A stretch of 64,000 nt of DNA. Source: Octopus sinensis (Eukaryota). Positions 40,408 to 52,881 of this stretch are shown here, one piece after another. A model generated the notes under the pieces. It did no database searches, was not told the DNA's origin, and was given only the letters and a program-made list of their open reading frames with translations. Where the stretch lies: positions 45,136,001-45,200,000 of the forward strand of contig NC_042997.1 of assembly GCF_006345805.1 (NCBI RefSeq), written 5' to 3'. Positions within the stretch are counted from its first letter, which is position 1, and every line of letters begins with the position of its first letter. The translations under genes and the position numbers were made by a program.

Positions 40408-40636
40408 TTCTTTATTACCCACAAGGGGCTAAACATAGAGGGAACAAACAAGGACAGACAAATGGATTAAGTCGATTACATCAACCCCACTGCATAACTG
40501 GTACTTAATTTTATCGACCCCTAAAGGATGAAAGGCAAAGTCGACCTCGGTGGAATTTGAAATTGGAACGTAACGGCAGACGAAATACGGCTACGCATTT
40601 CACCCGGCGTGCTAACGGTTCTGCCAGCTCGCCGCC
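40408..40636 (-). mobile_element. SINE family B, young copy
   Basis: Near-identical to 26185-26426. Confidence 0.9.
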
Positions 40637-41158
40637 TTATACAAACACACACAAATACATACACATATATACATACATACACACAAGCCACAGTGATCTG
40701 CATAGAGTATCTATATGACATGTTGATCAGAAGCAAGAGTAAATTTTTCTGCTTAACATCCATTTTTCCATGGTTGCATCAGTAAGATAACACATTTATT
40801 AGAATTGCTTTTTAAATTATTAAAATTTTCATTACAATTCATGAAGTATATATAATAAGTCAATTTAAATATTCCCCCTTCCCCACCATCTTTATTGCCT
40901 GCAGTCAGTAGCTTAGATATAATCTTAAGGGCTTCAGTCAATTAAATTTATATAAGTACCTCACGAAGCTCTTAGTTTGCTACATATTTCACTGACCTTA
41001 GAGTGAAGAAAAAGTAGACCATAGTAGAATTTGAAATCAGAATCTAAAAGGTTGTAACCAAACCTCACAGAGTATTTTGTTCAATCAATACTCTACCAAT
41101 TTTTCACAACTAAAATTAAAGATTTGGCCAGTATAAGTCTTGAACTACATTTGAAGTA

Positions 41159-41382
41159 CAGGGTGTTCATAAATTATCTTTACAACTTTCTCAATTTATT
41201 GTATCAAAGTTGGGCTCCACCAATCAACTTCTTTGTAACCAATGGAGCCACAATGGCTGTTTTGATGTTTCTCATATAAATTTTTTGCTTATGTTTCCCA
41301 ATAAACTCTGCTGAGTTATCTTTACTTTTCCTTTGTTTCTGAAATTTTTTTTAAATTGTAAAGATAATTTACAGACACAATG
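41159..41382. mobile_element. Tc1/mariner-type MITE
   Basis: TA|CAGGGTGTTCATAAATTATCTTTACAA ... TTGTAAAGATAATTTACAGACAC imperfect TIRs. Confidence 0.65.
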
Positions 41383-41840
41383 ATGCTTGAACAAATGAAG
41401 GTAACAGGTAAACATTTAATGTCCATTTTCCATGCTGGCATGGGTTGGATGGCTTAACAGGAACTGGCAAGACAAGGGGCTGCATCAAGTTCCAAAGTCT
41501 GTTTTGGCTTGGTTTCTACATCTGGATGCCCCGCCTGATGCCAACAGTTGTATAAAAATTGCCAGAGAAAGAAACCATCATCATCATCATTCTAACGTCC
41601 ACTTTTCTATTATTGTATGGGTCAGACGGAATTCAATGATTTTCTATAGCTGGATGCCCTTCCTCCTAACTATCACTAAATTTTGAACTAAAGCAATATT
41701 CTCCTTTGGCTGGAAATGTTTTCATGGAAGACTGGAAATGAATAATAATGTTTGTATGACACTGAACTTAAAAACCATCAAGTAATATCAGAACAAGGAG
41801 ACACACACACATACATGATGAGCTTCTTTCAGGTTTCATA

Positions 41841-42236
41841 TCTTTATATATAAAAGTGAAGTTGTGTGTCTGTCTCCTACGATTTAGATTCCTAACTACT
41901 CCCACATTTTGCGGTGCAGTGTAACCAAAAGCGGGTATCTTATAGTCGTGATTCATATCGAGCCCCTCTGGGTATTAGCGCGCGTCTACGATGAGTCTAC
42001 GATCTAAAAAAAATTTACCATAATTTTTCCCATTTTTAATGCATTTTTTTGCTATTATATAAGGGAAGTAACTCTCTAAAAATGTATTATTAAATCTCAG
42101 AACGTAAAAAGCTACGGTAACACCCCCCCCCTTTGTGGTTAGCCATATTGAGATGGCTATTAAACTTTACATCTCTAAAAAGGCTTATATAGTTATTTCC
42201 CTTACAAACCCGAGCAACGCCGGGCGATACTGCTAG
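41841..42236 (+). mobile_element. Non-autonomous Helitron, copy 1
   Basis: A|TC 5' end, subterminal hairpin CCCGAGCAACGCCGGG, CTAG|T 3' end, no TSD. Confidence 0.85.
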
Positions 42237-42804
42237 TCCACTTATAAATCTTTAGTCAGTCCAGGGCTATAGTAAGAGACACTTATCCAAGGTACCATGC
42301 TGTGGAACTGAACCTGAAACCACATGGTTAGAAAGTGAACTACTTAATAAACACAGCCATGCCTGCATCTAATCTCATATCTAAATATCAATTTCTCTCC
42401 CTAATCATTCAGCTACGCAAGTGAAGTGAGATTAGTCTCTGTATTTGCTATTGTCAACTAAATCAGCTGAAGTCATTTGTCTTGGCCAAGGAGGAGTGGA
42501 GAGCGAATTATCACAATGTGTGAATTGAAGACATTCTGATCAATTGTCTGGCATCTTAACTGAAAAGCCAGAGTTAAGTCAAGTAACAACAACAATATCT
42601 CATAACTCTATGTCTCTGTAAGTCGTTTTCTTCAAAGGTGTAATCAATATAAGCAATATAATTCATCATCAGTATAATTCATTTCACTGAGCAAATGACC
42701 CAAAACCTACAGGTATTGAACATAATTCTCTGACGTTCTAGCTGCTTTGTGAATTTAACAAAAAAGCCCGCTCTAGAAAATCTAAACAATAGATAAAATA
42801 AATA

Positions 42805-43041
42805 CAGAAGGCCTGTCAAGCCAAGTGAAATCGTAGTCATGGCCGATGATGGTGTCACATAACTGGCACCCATGCTGGTGGCACATAAAAAGCACCCATT
42901 ACGCCCTTGGAGTGGTTGGTGTTAGGAAGGGCATTCAACTATAGAAACCAATCCAAATTAGATTGGAACCGGGTAAGCCCTACAGCTAACCAGTTTCAGA
43001 CAAACCATTTAAACCATGCCAGCATGGAAAGCAGACACTAA

Positions 43042-43077
<36 letters not shown>

Positions 43078-43078
43078 C
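42805..43078 (+). mobile_element. RTE ORF end plus 3' UTR with (GAT)n tail
   Basis: gaaggcctgtcaagccaagtgaaatc...aggaagggcattc...taaatgatgatgatg. Confidence 0.7.
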
Positions 43079-43736
43079 TGACAGGTGCAACATTGATTTT
43101 TCAGAACCATTAGTTGCAAGGCCTGTCCAAATTACTGATTTTTCAAAATCAGGGTGTGGTCACCTCTAAATTAAACAACATTAAATTTACCTGAGTAATT
43201 AAATGAAATACAGGTACCATTACATTTGTGTAAATGATTCAAGTTTATTAATATTGTACTGAGCAAGGTATTATGAATCAGGGCCACCCAGTAAACTAGT
43301 TTGGCGGCCACAGGAATTTCAAGTTCTTGTTGGTAAATTGGTGTGGAGTATAAGAGGTTCTGGTCCATCAGTGTCTAGAAAGTTGGTGTTGTACCTGTAT
43401 TTAGCTCTATTAACATTGATGTGTCACAAAAGAAACTGAGAATTTTTTCTTTCTTTTCTTTTTTTCTTAAGATTATAATCAACCTTTTCAAAGCTTTTAG
43501 GACAGGTGAGAAGACGGGAGGATGTTAGGTGTGAACTGAAGCTCCAACCCAAATGAAATGTTTACAGAAGAAAGCATCCAGAGACCAGGTAGTTTTTAAC
43601 ACCACCACATAGTCATTGGTTACCTTTAGCAGCATCCACTCTGCTACAAACATTCAGGCCAGCATCCCCGTTTAAGGTTACCTTCCTTATTCTCTCTTAG
43701 CAATTTCAGAGGCTGGATAAAGGGTCATGGATACTC

Positions 43737-44156
43737 TCTCTCTTTTACTCTTTTACTTGTTTCAGTCAGTTGACTGCGGCCATGCTGGAGCACCACCTTT
43801 AATCGAGCAACTCGACCCTGGGACTTATTCTTTTTGTAAGCCCAGTACTTATTCTATCGGTCTCTTTTGCCGAACCGCTAAGTAACGGAGACATAAACAC
43901 ACCAGCATTGGTTGTCAAGCAATGCTAGGGGGACAAACACAGACACACAAACAAACACACATATATATATATATATATATATACATATATACGACAGGCT
44001 TCTTTCAGTTTCCGTCTACCAAATCCACTCACAAGGCATTGGTCGGCCCGGGGCTATAGCAGAAGACACTTGCCCAAGGTGCCACGCAGTGGGACTGAAC
44101 CCGGAACCATGTGGTTGGTTAGCAAGCTACTTACCACACAGCCACTCCTGCGCCTA
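43737..44156 (-). mobile_element. SINE family A, full length, about 80 nt into the intron after the 44239 donor
   Basis: Near-consensus copy. Confidence 0.9.
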
Positions 44157-44238
44157 TTGATCTAATAGATAGAAAAACAACAACAACAACAAAAAATCCC
44201 CCCCCCCAATAAATTTATTATGTTGATAGAGAACTTAC

Positions 44239-44438
44239 CTAGTACGGTGAGACGAGCGGATGCTCTGACAGTGGGGTAGTTTGATTGCACAACACATTCA
44301 TAGATTCCACTGTCGGCTGTTGTAGGATTTTTAATATTTAATTTCCGTTTATATTTTGATAGAATGTATTTAGGTCCAGTCAGTAAGATACTTTCGTTTT
44401 TCACTTTTCGGAACCACGTGATGTTATATTTTAATGGT
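44239..44438 (-). CDS. sdk: Sidekick-like protein, exon encoding C-terminal half of Ig3
   Basis: ttttcag acceptor and GTAAGT donor; 200 nt, phase 2/1. (R)PLKYNITWFRK...KRKLNIKNPTTADSGIYECVVQSNYPTVRASARLTVL; AG+A = Arg joins in frame. Confidence 0.9.
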
Positions 44439-44725
44439 CTGAAAATAAAACACAAACAAATATATATATATATATGTATATATCATCAGCGTTTAAAATC
44501 CATCTTCCATCTTGCATGGGTAGGACGTTAATATAATATAATATATATAGATCATTTAATGTCTGTCTTCTATGCATGCATGAGTAGGATATTTATACAA
44601 TGTATATATATATATATCATCGTTCAACATCCATCTTCTGTGCATGTATGGGTAAGACATTAATACAATATATATACATAAATAAATAAATGGAGTTAAA
44701 CGCAGGTGTTATTCAAATTCTTTTA

Positions 44726-44812
44726 CTTCCGACACATGTTTCGAAGATATCACTGGTATTGTTCCAAAGGAATAAAATGATGTAAAACAATGTAATCTTC
44801 TCTGCAGGGAAA
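44726..44812 (-). ncRNA. Degenerate type I hammerhead motif in a Penelope-like terminal fragment
   Basis: UUUCC-CUGCAGA-GAAGAU(long loop)AUCUUC-GAAAC-AUGU-GUC-GGAAG: all three stems and a GUC site, but CUGCAGA instead of CUGANGA. Confidence 0.5.
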
Positions 44813-45086
44813 TGAAGAAATGAAACTTGGTAATAAGACATTTTAACAGAAAATGATGGATTTGTATAGTGATTAATTGAACACTATTAAGTTTGTTTCA
44901 AAAAAATGTTATAGGATATAACCATTATATTTTTCAAAATATTCAGTATACCAGTGTGTTAACAAGGGAAAAATACACACATCTGTCTGTCTGTCTGTCT
45001 GTCATATCTGTCTATCTATCTATCTATATATATATATAATCATTTACGTCCATCTTTCATGCATGCATGGGTAGGGCATTAATACA

Positions 45087-45119
<33 letters not shown>

Positions 45120-45364
45120 TTATATAATAATATAACATATATATAATATAATATATATATATATATGTATATATATTATAATATATATATATATATATAT
45201 CAATACACACACAAACATACATAGATACACAATTTCCATGTATGGAAAAGTGGACAGTGAAATAATGATGAATATATGTATATATGTGCATGTGTTTATA
45301 TAAGTGTGCCTGTGAGTGTTCATATGTGTGTGTGTGTGTGTCTCTCTCTCTCTATCTCTCTCTC

Positions 45365-45419
<55 letters not shown>

Positions 45420-46139
45420 GAATGTATGTATGTGTGTGTGTACAAGATGCAAAAAATATAAGGTAAAAATCATAGAGTTTAGAACAATATATATAAAAAA
45501 TAAAAAAAAAAGGAAGAATGAAAAACTACAAAGCATAGAAAATTATTGAACACATAGCACAGCATATAAATTAATAACTTCAATGTATGTAAATATATTT
45601 AGTCTGTTTCAAACAGAATTCCGTAAGATGTCTGTCTACATCAAGGAAAGAAAAGCACTCATGAGTTATATATCGGAGTTGTTCATAGATCTAATAGAAA
45701 TCAAAAATCTTGATTCTTTCTGGCTGATAAATGTAAGTATTATTTTAATATAGTCTTATAAAACACTCCAAATATGAACTTATCTCTTTCACACAAAATG
45801 AACAATTACAAATAAAATGGGAAAACTGGAAAGTTGAGATAAACTGAAGAGAAAACAAAAACTGAAGTGGACTCCAATTTCATTGTAGTAATTTTGTTAC
45901 TATTTCTACAACATTTATATCAGTCTACCAGTGTGTTACTCTTTTAAGAAGTTTGCTTCTTCATTGTTATTCAGGGTTCCAGTTCCACTAGTGTAGCTAG
46001 AGGGAGGTGAAGAGGGTGGTCAACCCCAGGCAGCACCACATTTAGGTCTGCTGTAGGCAAACTGAAGGGCCACCCCAAGCAGCACATGCACTAGCCACAC
46101 TAGCATCCTGTTCACTTCATCAGTGCAGTACATTGGGCA

Positions 46140-46470
46140 AAGTTTCGATTCCCAGACCGGGCGTTGTGAGTGTTTATTGAGCGAAAACACCTAAAGCTCC
46201 ACGAGGCTCCGGCAGGGGGTGGTGGTGATCCCTGCTGTACTCTTTCACCACAACTTTCTTTCACTCTTTCTTCCTTTTTCTGTTGTACCTGTATTTCAAA
46301 GGGCTGGCCTTGTCACTCTCTGTATCACACTGAATATCCCCGAGAACTACGTTAAGGGTACATGTGTCTGTGGAGTGCTCAGCCACTTACATGTTAATTT
46401 CATGAGCAGGCTGTTCTGTTGATTCGGATCAACTGGAACCCTCGTCGTTGTAACCGATGGAGTGCTTCCA
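46140..46470 (+). mobile_element. SINE family D-related element (B box onward)
   Basis: gtttcgattcccagaccgggcgttgtgagtgtttattgagcg shared with 9585-9877. Confidence 0.7.
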
Positions 46471-47439
46471 TCCACATTGGGCAAATGAATTTTACTGTAG
46501 CCTCAGAAGTCCATGGTGTGTGTGTGTGTGTGTATGTGTTTGTGTGCATATGTATATGCGTGTGTATGTGTATTTTCATCGTAATTTCATGCGTACTTTG
46601 CATGTTGGCATGTTTTGTGTGTTGGGACAAGATCTAAAATGTTTGGATGATGATGTCTTCTTCCAGTGTCACAGTTTGGGTATGGTTTCTTTGACCAGAC
46701 GCCCTTCCTAAAGTCAACCATTTTACCAAGCATACTGGATGCCTTTTTATTTTATGGAACTTGTACCAATGAGGTTATTGTGTAACTCACAACCCCTCAA
46801 CTGAGAGGGGAATATAATAACAAAGGTGACTTTATGTGAGGTGCTGAGAGTTTAAGTGTGATAGAAAAGACAGGAACAAGTTTGTTGTAGTAGAGACACA
46901 TAGCTAACATGTGTGCGCACATATATGTGTTTACATATATGATGTGTCTGTGTGATTCTCTGTGTGTATAAGTATTTGTATATATACATCAGTGTGTGTA
47001 CTGATGTTTTTGCATATACGATGTACTTATAGGTAGTCATGTTTGTGTGTCTATATATACAGGCACACACACAAGTGTGTGTGTGAGTACACGCTTGTAT
47101 GTGTATGTATGATGTGTATGTGTCTATATATACATGCATAGATATGTGCACATATACACACACACACACATATGTATATGAGTATGCATGTAAATGAATA
47201 GGAAAGATTTTAGTGATGTATATATATATACACATATGTGTGTGTGAATAGTCATTTGTTCATTTTTACATATATATGATGTATGTTTATGTGTATATAT
47301 ATATATATGTGTATGTATTCACACACAGGCGTGTGTGTATGTGTACATATCTGTATGTATGTGTATATGTGTGTGAGTGTGTGTGTGTATATATATATAT
47401 GCATATATTCACATGCACACATATACACACATACTTTGT

Positions 47440-47499
<60 letters not shown>

Positions 47500-47657
47500 A
47501 CTATATCCATGTGTGTACTTCTCCTAAACAGGTACTTTATGGCACCATTCAGAACTGAAACTGACCAACTTATAATTTTATTGTTGCTCTACTTCTTTCT
47601 CCTTTCCCTTTATTTATATTCTCACATATCTGTGTATGTCTACATAGATATATATAG

Positions 47658-47688
<31 letters not shown>

Positions 47689-49147
47689 AGTGTGCTTGTA
47701 TTTCAACAGTCTTACCTGCACAGCATATAACAAACTCTATCAGTTTGAAAACTGCTTTTAAGTGAGAAACTCACAACAGATTCATGATTTGTAAACATCT
47801 AATTATTAAAGTGGAAAAATTATCAGAAAAGCAATTTGTATTCATTTTTTTCAAATATACATATACACATATTTATATATGTGTGTATGCTTGTTTTTGT
47901 GTTTGTCCTCTGCTTCAGCTTGACAACTGGTGTTGCTGTATTTATTTCCTGCAAACTTATTAGTTTAGCAAAAGTGACCAATAGAATATGTACCAGACTG
48001 AGGTAAGAACTAGGATCTATATGGTCAACTAGAAACCTTGATCCTGAAGAAAGTTCCTAAATATAGCTGCAGTCCGATATTTGAACTCAGTCATCACTCC
48101 ATGCCAACAAGCATCTTAATATCTGTTGGCATGGGTTGTACAGGTCATTCAAAGTCCCTTGGTCTTCTACAACTACAGCTAATTTGAACTGTTAGTAGAT
48201 GGCAATTTTTCTTTTCTCCAGCACTCATTGTTCATTCCTCTCACAGTTCTCAATCATCTCTCCTGTTCACATGGTGATGATTTTTAAAGCCTACTTTCAT
48301 TCTTCCAGCACATATGTGTTCTGTTGCACTCTTCTACTTGGTCACATATAAACTGTCCAAAGATATTACTTCAGATACCAGTCTTCCAGAAGAGAACTGA
48401 AAATATACAGGTAGCGAGGAGGGGTTGGGGTGTTGGGACAGCAATCATTTCATTGCAAAAGAATGACCATAGTATAAGTGCTATGCTCACCTCACATGAC
48501 CTCTGATGCGACATCCTTCAACACTCCGAACAGGAAATAAAAAAAAAATTGTATTGCAAGAAAACATATCATTTGGAGTCCTGTTGATGTACAATTCTTT
48601 TAGACTTGATTTATCTTTAGTTTAATGCCTATGCTAATAATTTCAGAATCATGCCTAGTCTGCTTTCCTTCAGTTTCATTAACTGTCAGTTAAAGCTAAC
48701 TTTATCATCAATACCCTAAAATCCAACAACCAGTCTCTCTCCCCTACTCTTCCTATTTCTTCTCTGTCTTTCCATCATCTTCACTTTCTTCATTATCACC
48801 TCCGCTTTCCAGGCTTTAACATCTGTTTTCTTTTATTTCAACATATTTCCATCATTTCTTCGAATACTAATCATTGTTACACAAACGCTTTGCCATTCCC
48901 ACTTTCCTTCTCATGACTGGTTCAATCCATAAAATATCTATTATTAGGTGAGAGTCAACTTTAGAATAAGAACTGCACAAGAAACCTTACATGCTTCAAT
49001 GAAATCAATCAGTCGAAATGTCAGCAAATCCATCTAAGTGATACTCTTAAAAGTGTGCAAATGTTTTATGTGTACAACAAACAAGACACTAGTTGAAGAA
49101 AAACAAAAAAGCACTTAGAGAAATAAAATAGAAAACTTTCATGTTAC

Positions 49148-49253
49148 CTAGCATTGACGATACAGATAAATTGAGTGATTTCATTGTTGTTAGTAGTTGT
49201 ATCAACGGGAGGAACAACAATTGTTGGAGCAATTCTTGGTATATTTCTAGGAT
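49148..49253 (-). CDS. sdk: Sidekick-like protein, exon encoding N-terminal half of Ig3 (not shown in this frame in the ORF track)
   Basis: ttttcag acceptor and GTAACA donor; 106 nt, phase 1/2. My translation is (N)PRNIPRIAPTIVVPPVDTTTNNNEITQFICIVNA(R), matching Sdk APTIVVPP...LECIA.ARP. Confidence 0.9.
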
Positions 49254-49517
49254 CTGAAAATTAGTCAATATTAACATTAAAAGTCATTAATTTTATCATT
49301 AATTTAATTTAAAATATATTTTTTAATGTTCTAGAAGAGCTATTTTCTTATAAAAAGAAAAACAAAAGGAGAATAATTTTTTTGAAAACTGCTTCAAACA
49401 TAAGAAAACAAAACCAACAAAAAGATTTTAAATATTTCTCAAATATAATTTAAGAGAAAAACAAGTTACAGTGGCTATTATCAAATAATTGAATAGAAAT
49501 AAAATCAGGCAAATACC

Positions 49518-49587
49518 ACCACCACCACCACCACCACCACCACCACCACTACCACCACCATCACCACCACCACCACCACCACCACCA
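49518..49587 (+). repeat. (CCA)n microsatellite
   Basis: Directly visible; source of the poly-Gly pseudo-ORF. Confidence 0.95.
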
Positions 49588-50199
49588 AGAAAAACATTGA
49601 GGAAAAAAAATGCTTTCACTTGAAAATTGTTTCTTTTGACTTTTTGTTTTTTAATATGCAAATCTTATTTTATTTTTATTTCTTGAGCATTGAAGTAGGA
49701 ATGGTTTTGTTGATAAAACTAAAACAATCAACAGCTTGATAAAAAGAAACATCACTGAAATGACAACTTTATATATATTTGTAGTAGAATCACAATTAGC
49801 CTAGTTGATGGCTCATCTTCTATTGCTAACATTGTATTATGTCTCAGCAAAGATATATATATATATTTCCGACTGCCTGGTCAAACTAGCAAAAAAATAG
49901 TATAGTGTGGAAGTATATGGCTCATTAGTGTGAGTAGTAGAAACAAAATAACTGATGGTTTCAATAGCTCAGAGTATTGAACTCCTAATCATTAGCTATG
50001 GGTGTAGAAATGTCGTTGAAAAGAAACTAATATTAGATTTCCACTTAAAAGTATTAATGAATTCTCTCCCTCTTTATTAATGAGAAATAATAACAGAGTT
50101 TGCATTCCTACAAGTCTTCTTTCTTCGTCATCGTGCAGCAAGTGTTTAAAAGTTTAAAGCTATTTTAATTTTATTATTAACCATGCAGTTTGACTGCCT

Positions 50200-51060
50200 C
50201 TGTATTAACTTTTATAGGTTTCCCTTATAAGAAACAATGATATGACTCTCTCTTGCTCAGCGTGTCATGCCTACATGTGTTGGTGATGCTGAAATTTTAT
50301 GCCTCTTTTGTCCTATTGGGCTGCTTTTTCTGGTAGCCATCTCTTTGTCTTCCGTGGCCCCTTCTCCCTTCCAGTTACCTAAGTTATCATCATCTGCTCA
50401 AGGCTGCTTTTTTTCCCCACCTTCAATATATGATCTCTAATCAACTGAGCTTGTTGTCTTACATTGTTGAAAAGCATTCTGGTGACCTTTGCTTCTCTAA
50501 GGACCTCACTATTTAAAAGTTTATCAGTAAAAGTCACCTTCATCATTCTTTTAAGGAACTATGTGATTGCAATTATAATAAGGCTTCGAACTTGTTAGTT
50601 GATGTTTCAAGTCATTCAAATTTATGTAAAGATGGGGTCCATGTACCCTCGAAAGACCTTTTTTCTTACAATTATTGATAGCCTTTCTGTTATCAATATA
50701 TGACTGACCTTATCAAAAGCAATAGTGATCTATCTAATCCTTGACATATTTCTTTCCAATCTGATGTAATGATGATTCCCAAATATCGAAAACTATTAAC
50801 TTATCAAGAGTGCTCCATTGATTATTATACTGTAAATTTACGGGATTTTTGAGATTAACATTGTATCTCTCTTATTTGCTTCTTTTTTTGCTTTATTGTT
50901 AAGATCTGGATCCATATTTTTACTCTCTTCATTAATAGTACTAAGTAATGTTTGAATATCTTTACTTGTTGTGACAATGAAGACTGTGTCATCTGCATAA
51001 TGGATATTATCAATACTTTGTTCTGTTATGTCCATACCTGGTATACAACATAACTTATAA
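50200..51060 (-). mobile_element. Highly degenerate RTE-clade LINE RT fragment
   Basis: IDNIHYADDTVFIVTTSKDIQTLLSTINEESK (YADD motif with RTE-like context). Confidence 0.65.
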
Positions 51061-51198
51061 CATTCCCAATCATACTTTAAGGTGGTGAACTGGCAGATTA
51101 GTTGGAGCATTGGATAGAACGTCTAGTGGTACGAATTCAGGCTTAATGTACTCTGAGTTCAAATTGCACTAAAGTCAGCTGAGTCATTCATCCATACA

Positions 51199-51594
51199 TC
51201 TATATATATAAAAGTGAAGTTGTGTGAGTGTCTGTCTCCTACGATTTAGATTCCTAACTACTCCAACATTTTGCTGTGCAGTTTAACCAAAACCGGGTAT
51301 CTTATAGTCGTGATTCATATCGAGCCCTTCTGGGTATTAGCACGCGTCTACGATGAGTCTACGATTTTAAAAATAATTTACCATAATTTTTTTCCATTTT
51401 AAAGCATATTTTTTAAATAAAGGGAAGTAACTCTCTAAAAATGTCTACGATGATTCAACGATTTAAAAAAAAATTTACCATAATTTTTTTCCCATTTTTA
51501 ATGCATTTTTTGCTGTTTTTTGGCTATAACTCTCTAAAAATGCTTTATAGTTATTTCCCTTACAAACCCGAGCAACGCCGGGCGATACTGCTAG
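51199..51594 (+). mobile_element. Non-autonomous Helitron, copy 2, inserted in a SINE B relic
   Basis: A|TC ... CCCGAGCAACGCCGGG ... CTAG|T; SINE B sequence on both sides (from 51085 and from 51595). Confidence 0.85.
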
Positions 51595-52881
51595 TGATTG
51601 ATAAATTAAGTGCAGCTCAGTACTGGAGTCATTTCTTCTTCTTTTCTCTCTCTCTCTGTATGGTACCTGTAATTAAAGGTCCAGCCTTATCACAGCCTTA
51701 TGATTACTTTATCCGAGAAAACTGTTAAAGGAACATGTAACTGGAATATTCAACCACTTACAAGTTAATTTTACAAACAGGAATTCACATGATCAAGTAA
51801 TGAAGGCTCATCACATCAACCAACAGAGAAACAGCTGTTAGTTCTTTGTAATTAACAAAACGATATATTTTAGGAAAGGCTTCAATTTTTTTATTGAATT
51901 CTCCCAAGGCATAAATATAATTTGTAATGAAATTTTTATCAAATTTTCCTATCTAATGTAGTGATAGTTCCAAAATATTTAAAACTGAAGCATGTTCCAT
52001 TAATTTTTATGTTGCTCCACCTCCATCAGCCATACTGATATTGTTAGAAGCAGACTTATGAGGAGAGACATTCTGTCTTTGACTATTTGTTCTTATCACT
52101 CAGACATGCAATAACTCAAGAGTCTCCAGCTTAAGTTGGCAGGAGGGATTTGAGAGTTTGGTTAATGTCGCTGCAACACCAAATGACCACATTAGCTTAT
52201 CTACCTACCTACATAAGCCAGTCTGGTAGCAAGTATATTAACATTCTTGATACTCTAATACATAACATGTTAAGAGAGTGAAACCATGTGATTTTTCCAG
52301 TTTCTCATTGAAAGAATCATTAAAATATGGTTCCATTCTATTTCATATATGTTGTTCCAAGTGAAAACAATTCCTATTACAGTTAAATGCCTTTTTATGA
52401 CTAACCAAACTCAGATAAACTGGAACAAGAAGAGATTGCTAAGAAGAAAAGTTATAAAATTTGAAATTATGACAATGTGGCTTGTTTCCTAGTACTGCAC
52501 ATTTTCATGCTTTAATTTTCAAAATGACTAAGAATTATGAGAGGTTTAGTGAAATAACTAACGTTGAACATATCGAGGCTAGACTAATTTATATCTCTTG
52601 AAATCTATTATCCTCTGTCTGTGTTTGTTGACATGCAAGCTACATGGTGACCTCAACTGTGCCAGTGACATGAAAACAGTACCCAGTACACACTGTCAAG
52701 TGGTTGGCATTAGGAAGGGTATCCAGCCATAGAAATCATGTCAAAGCAGACACTGGAGAGTAATGCAGTCCTTGACTCATTGGATCCTTGTCAAACCATC
52801 CAACCCATGCCAGAATGGAACACAGGCGTTAAATGATGATGATGAAATTTCTCTTCAAGATCAGAATTTAAGTTCTTAATA

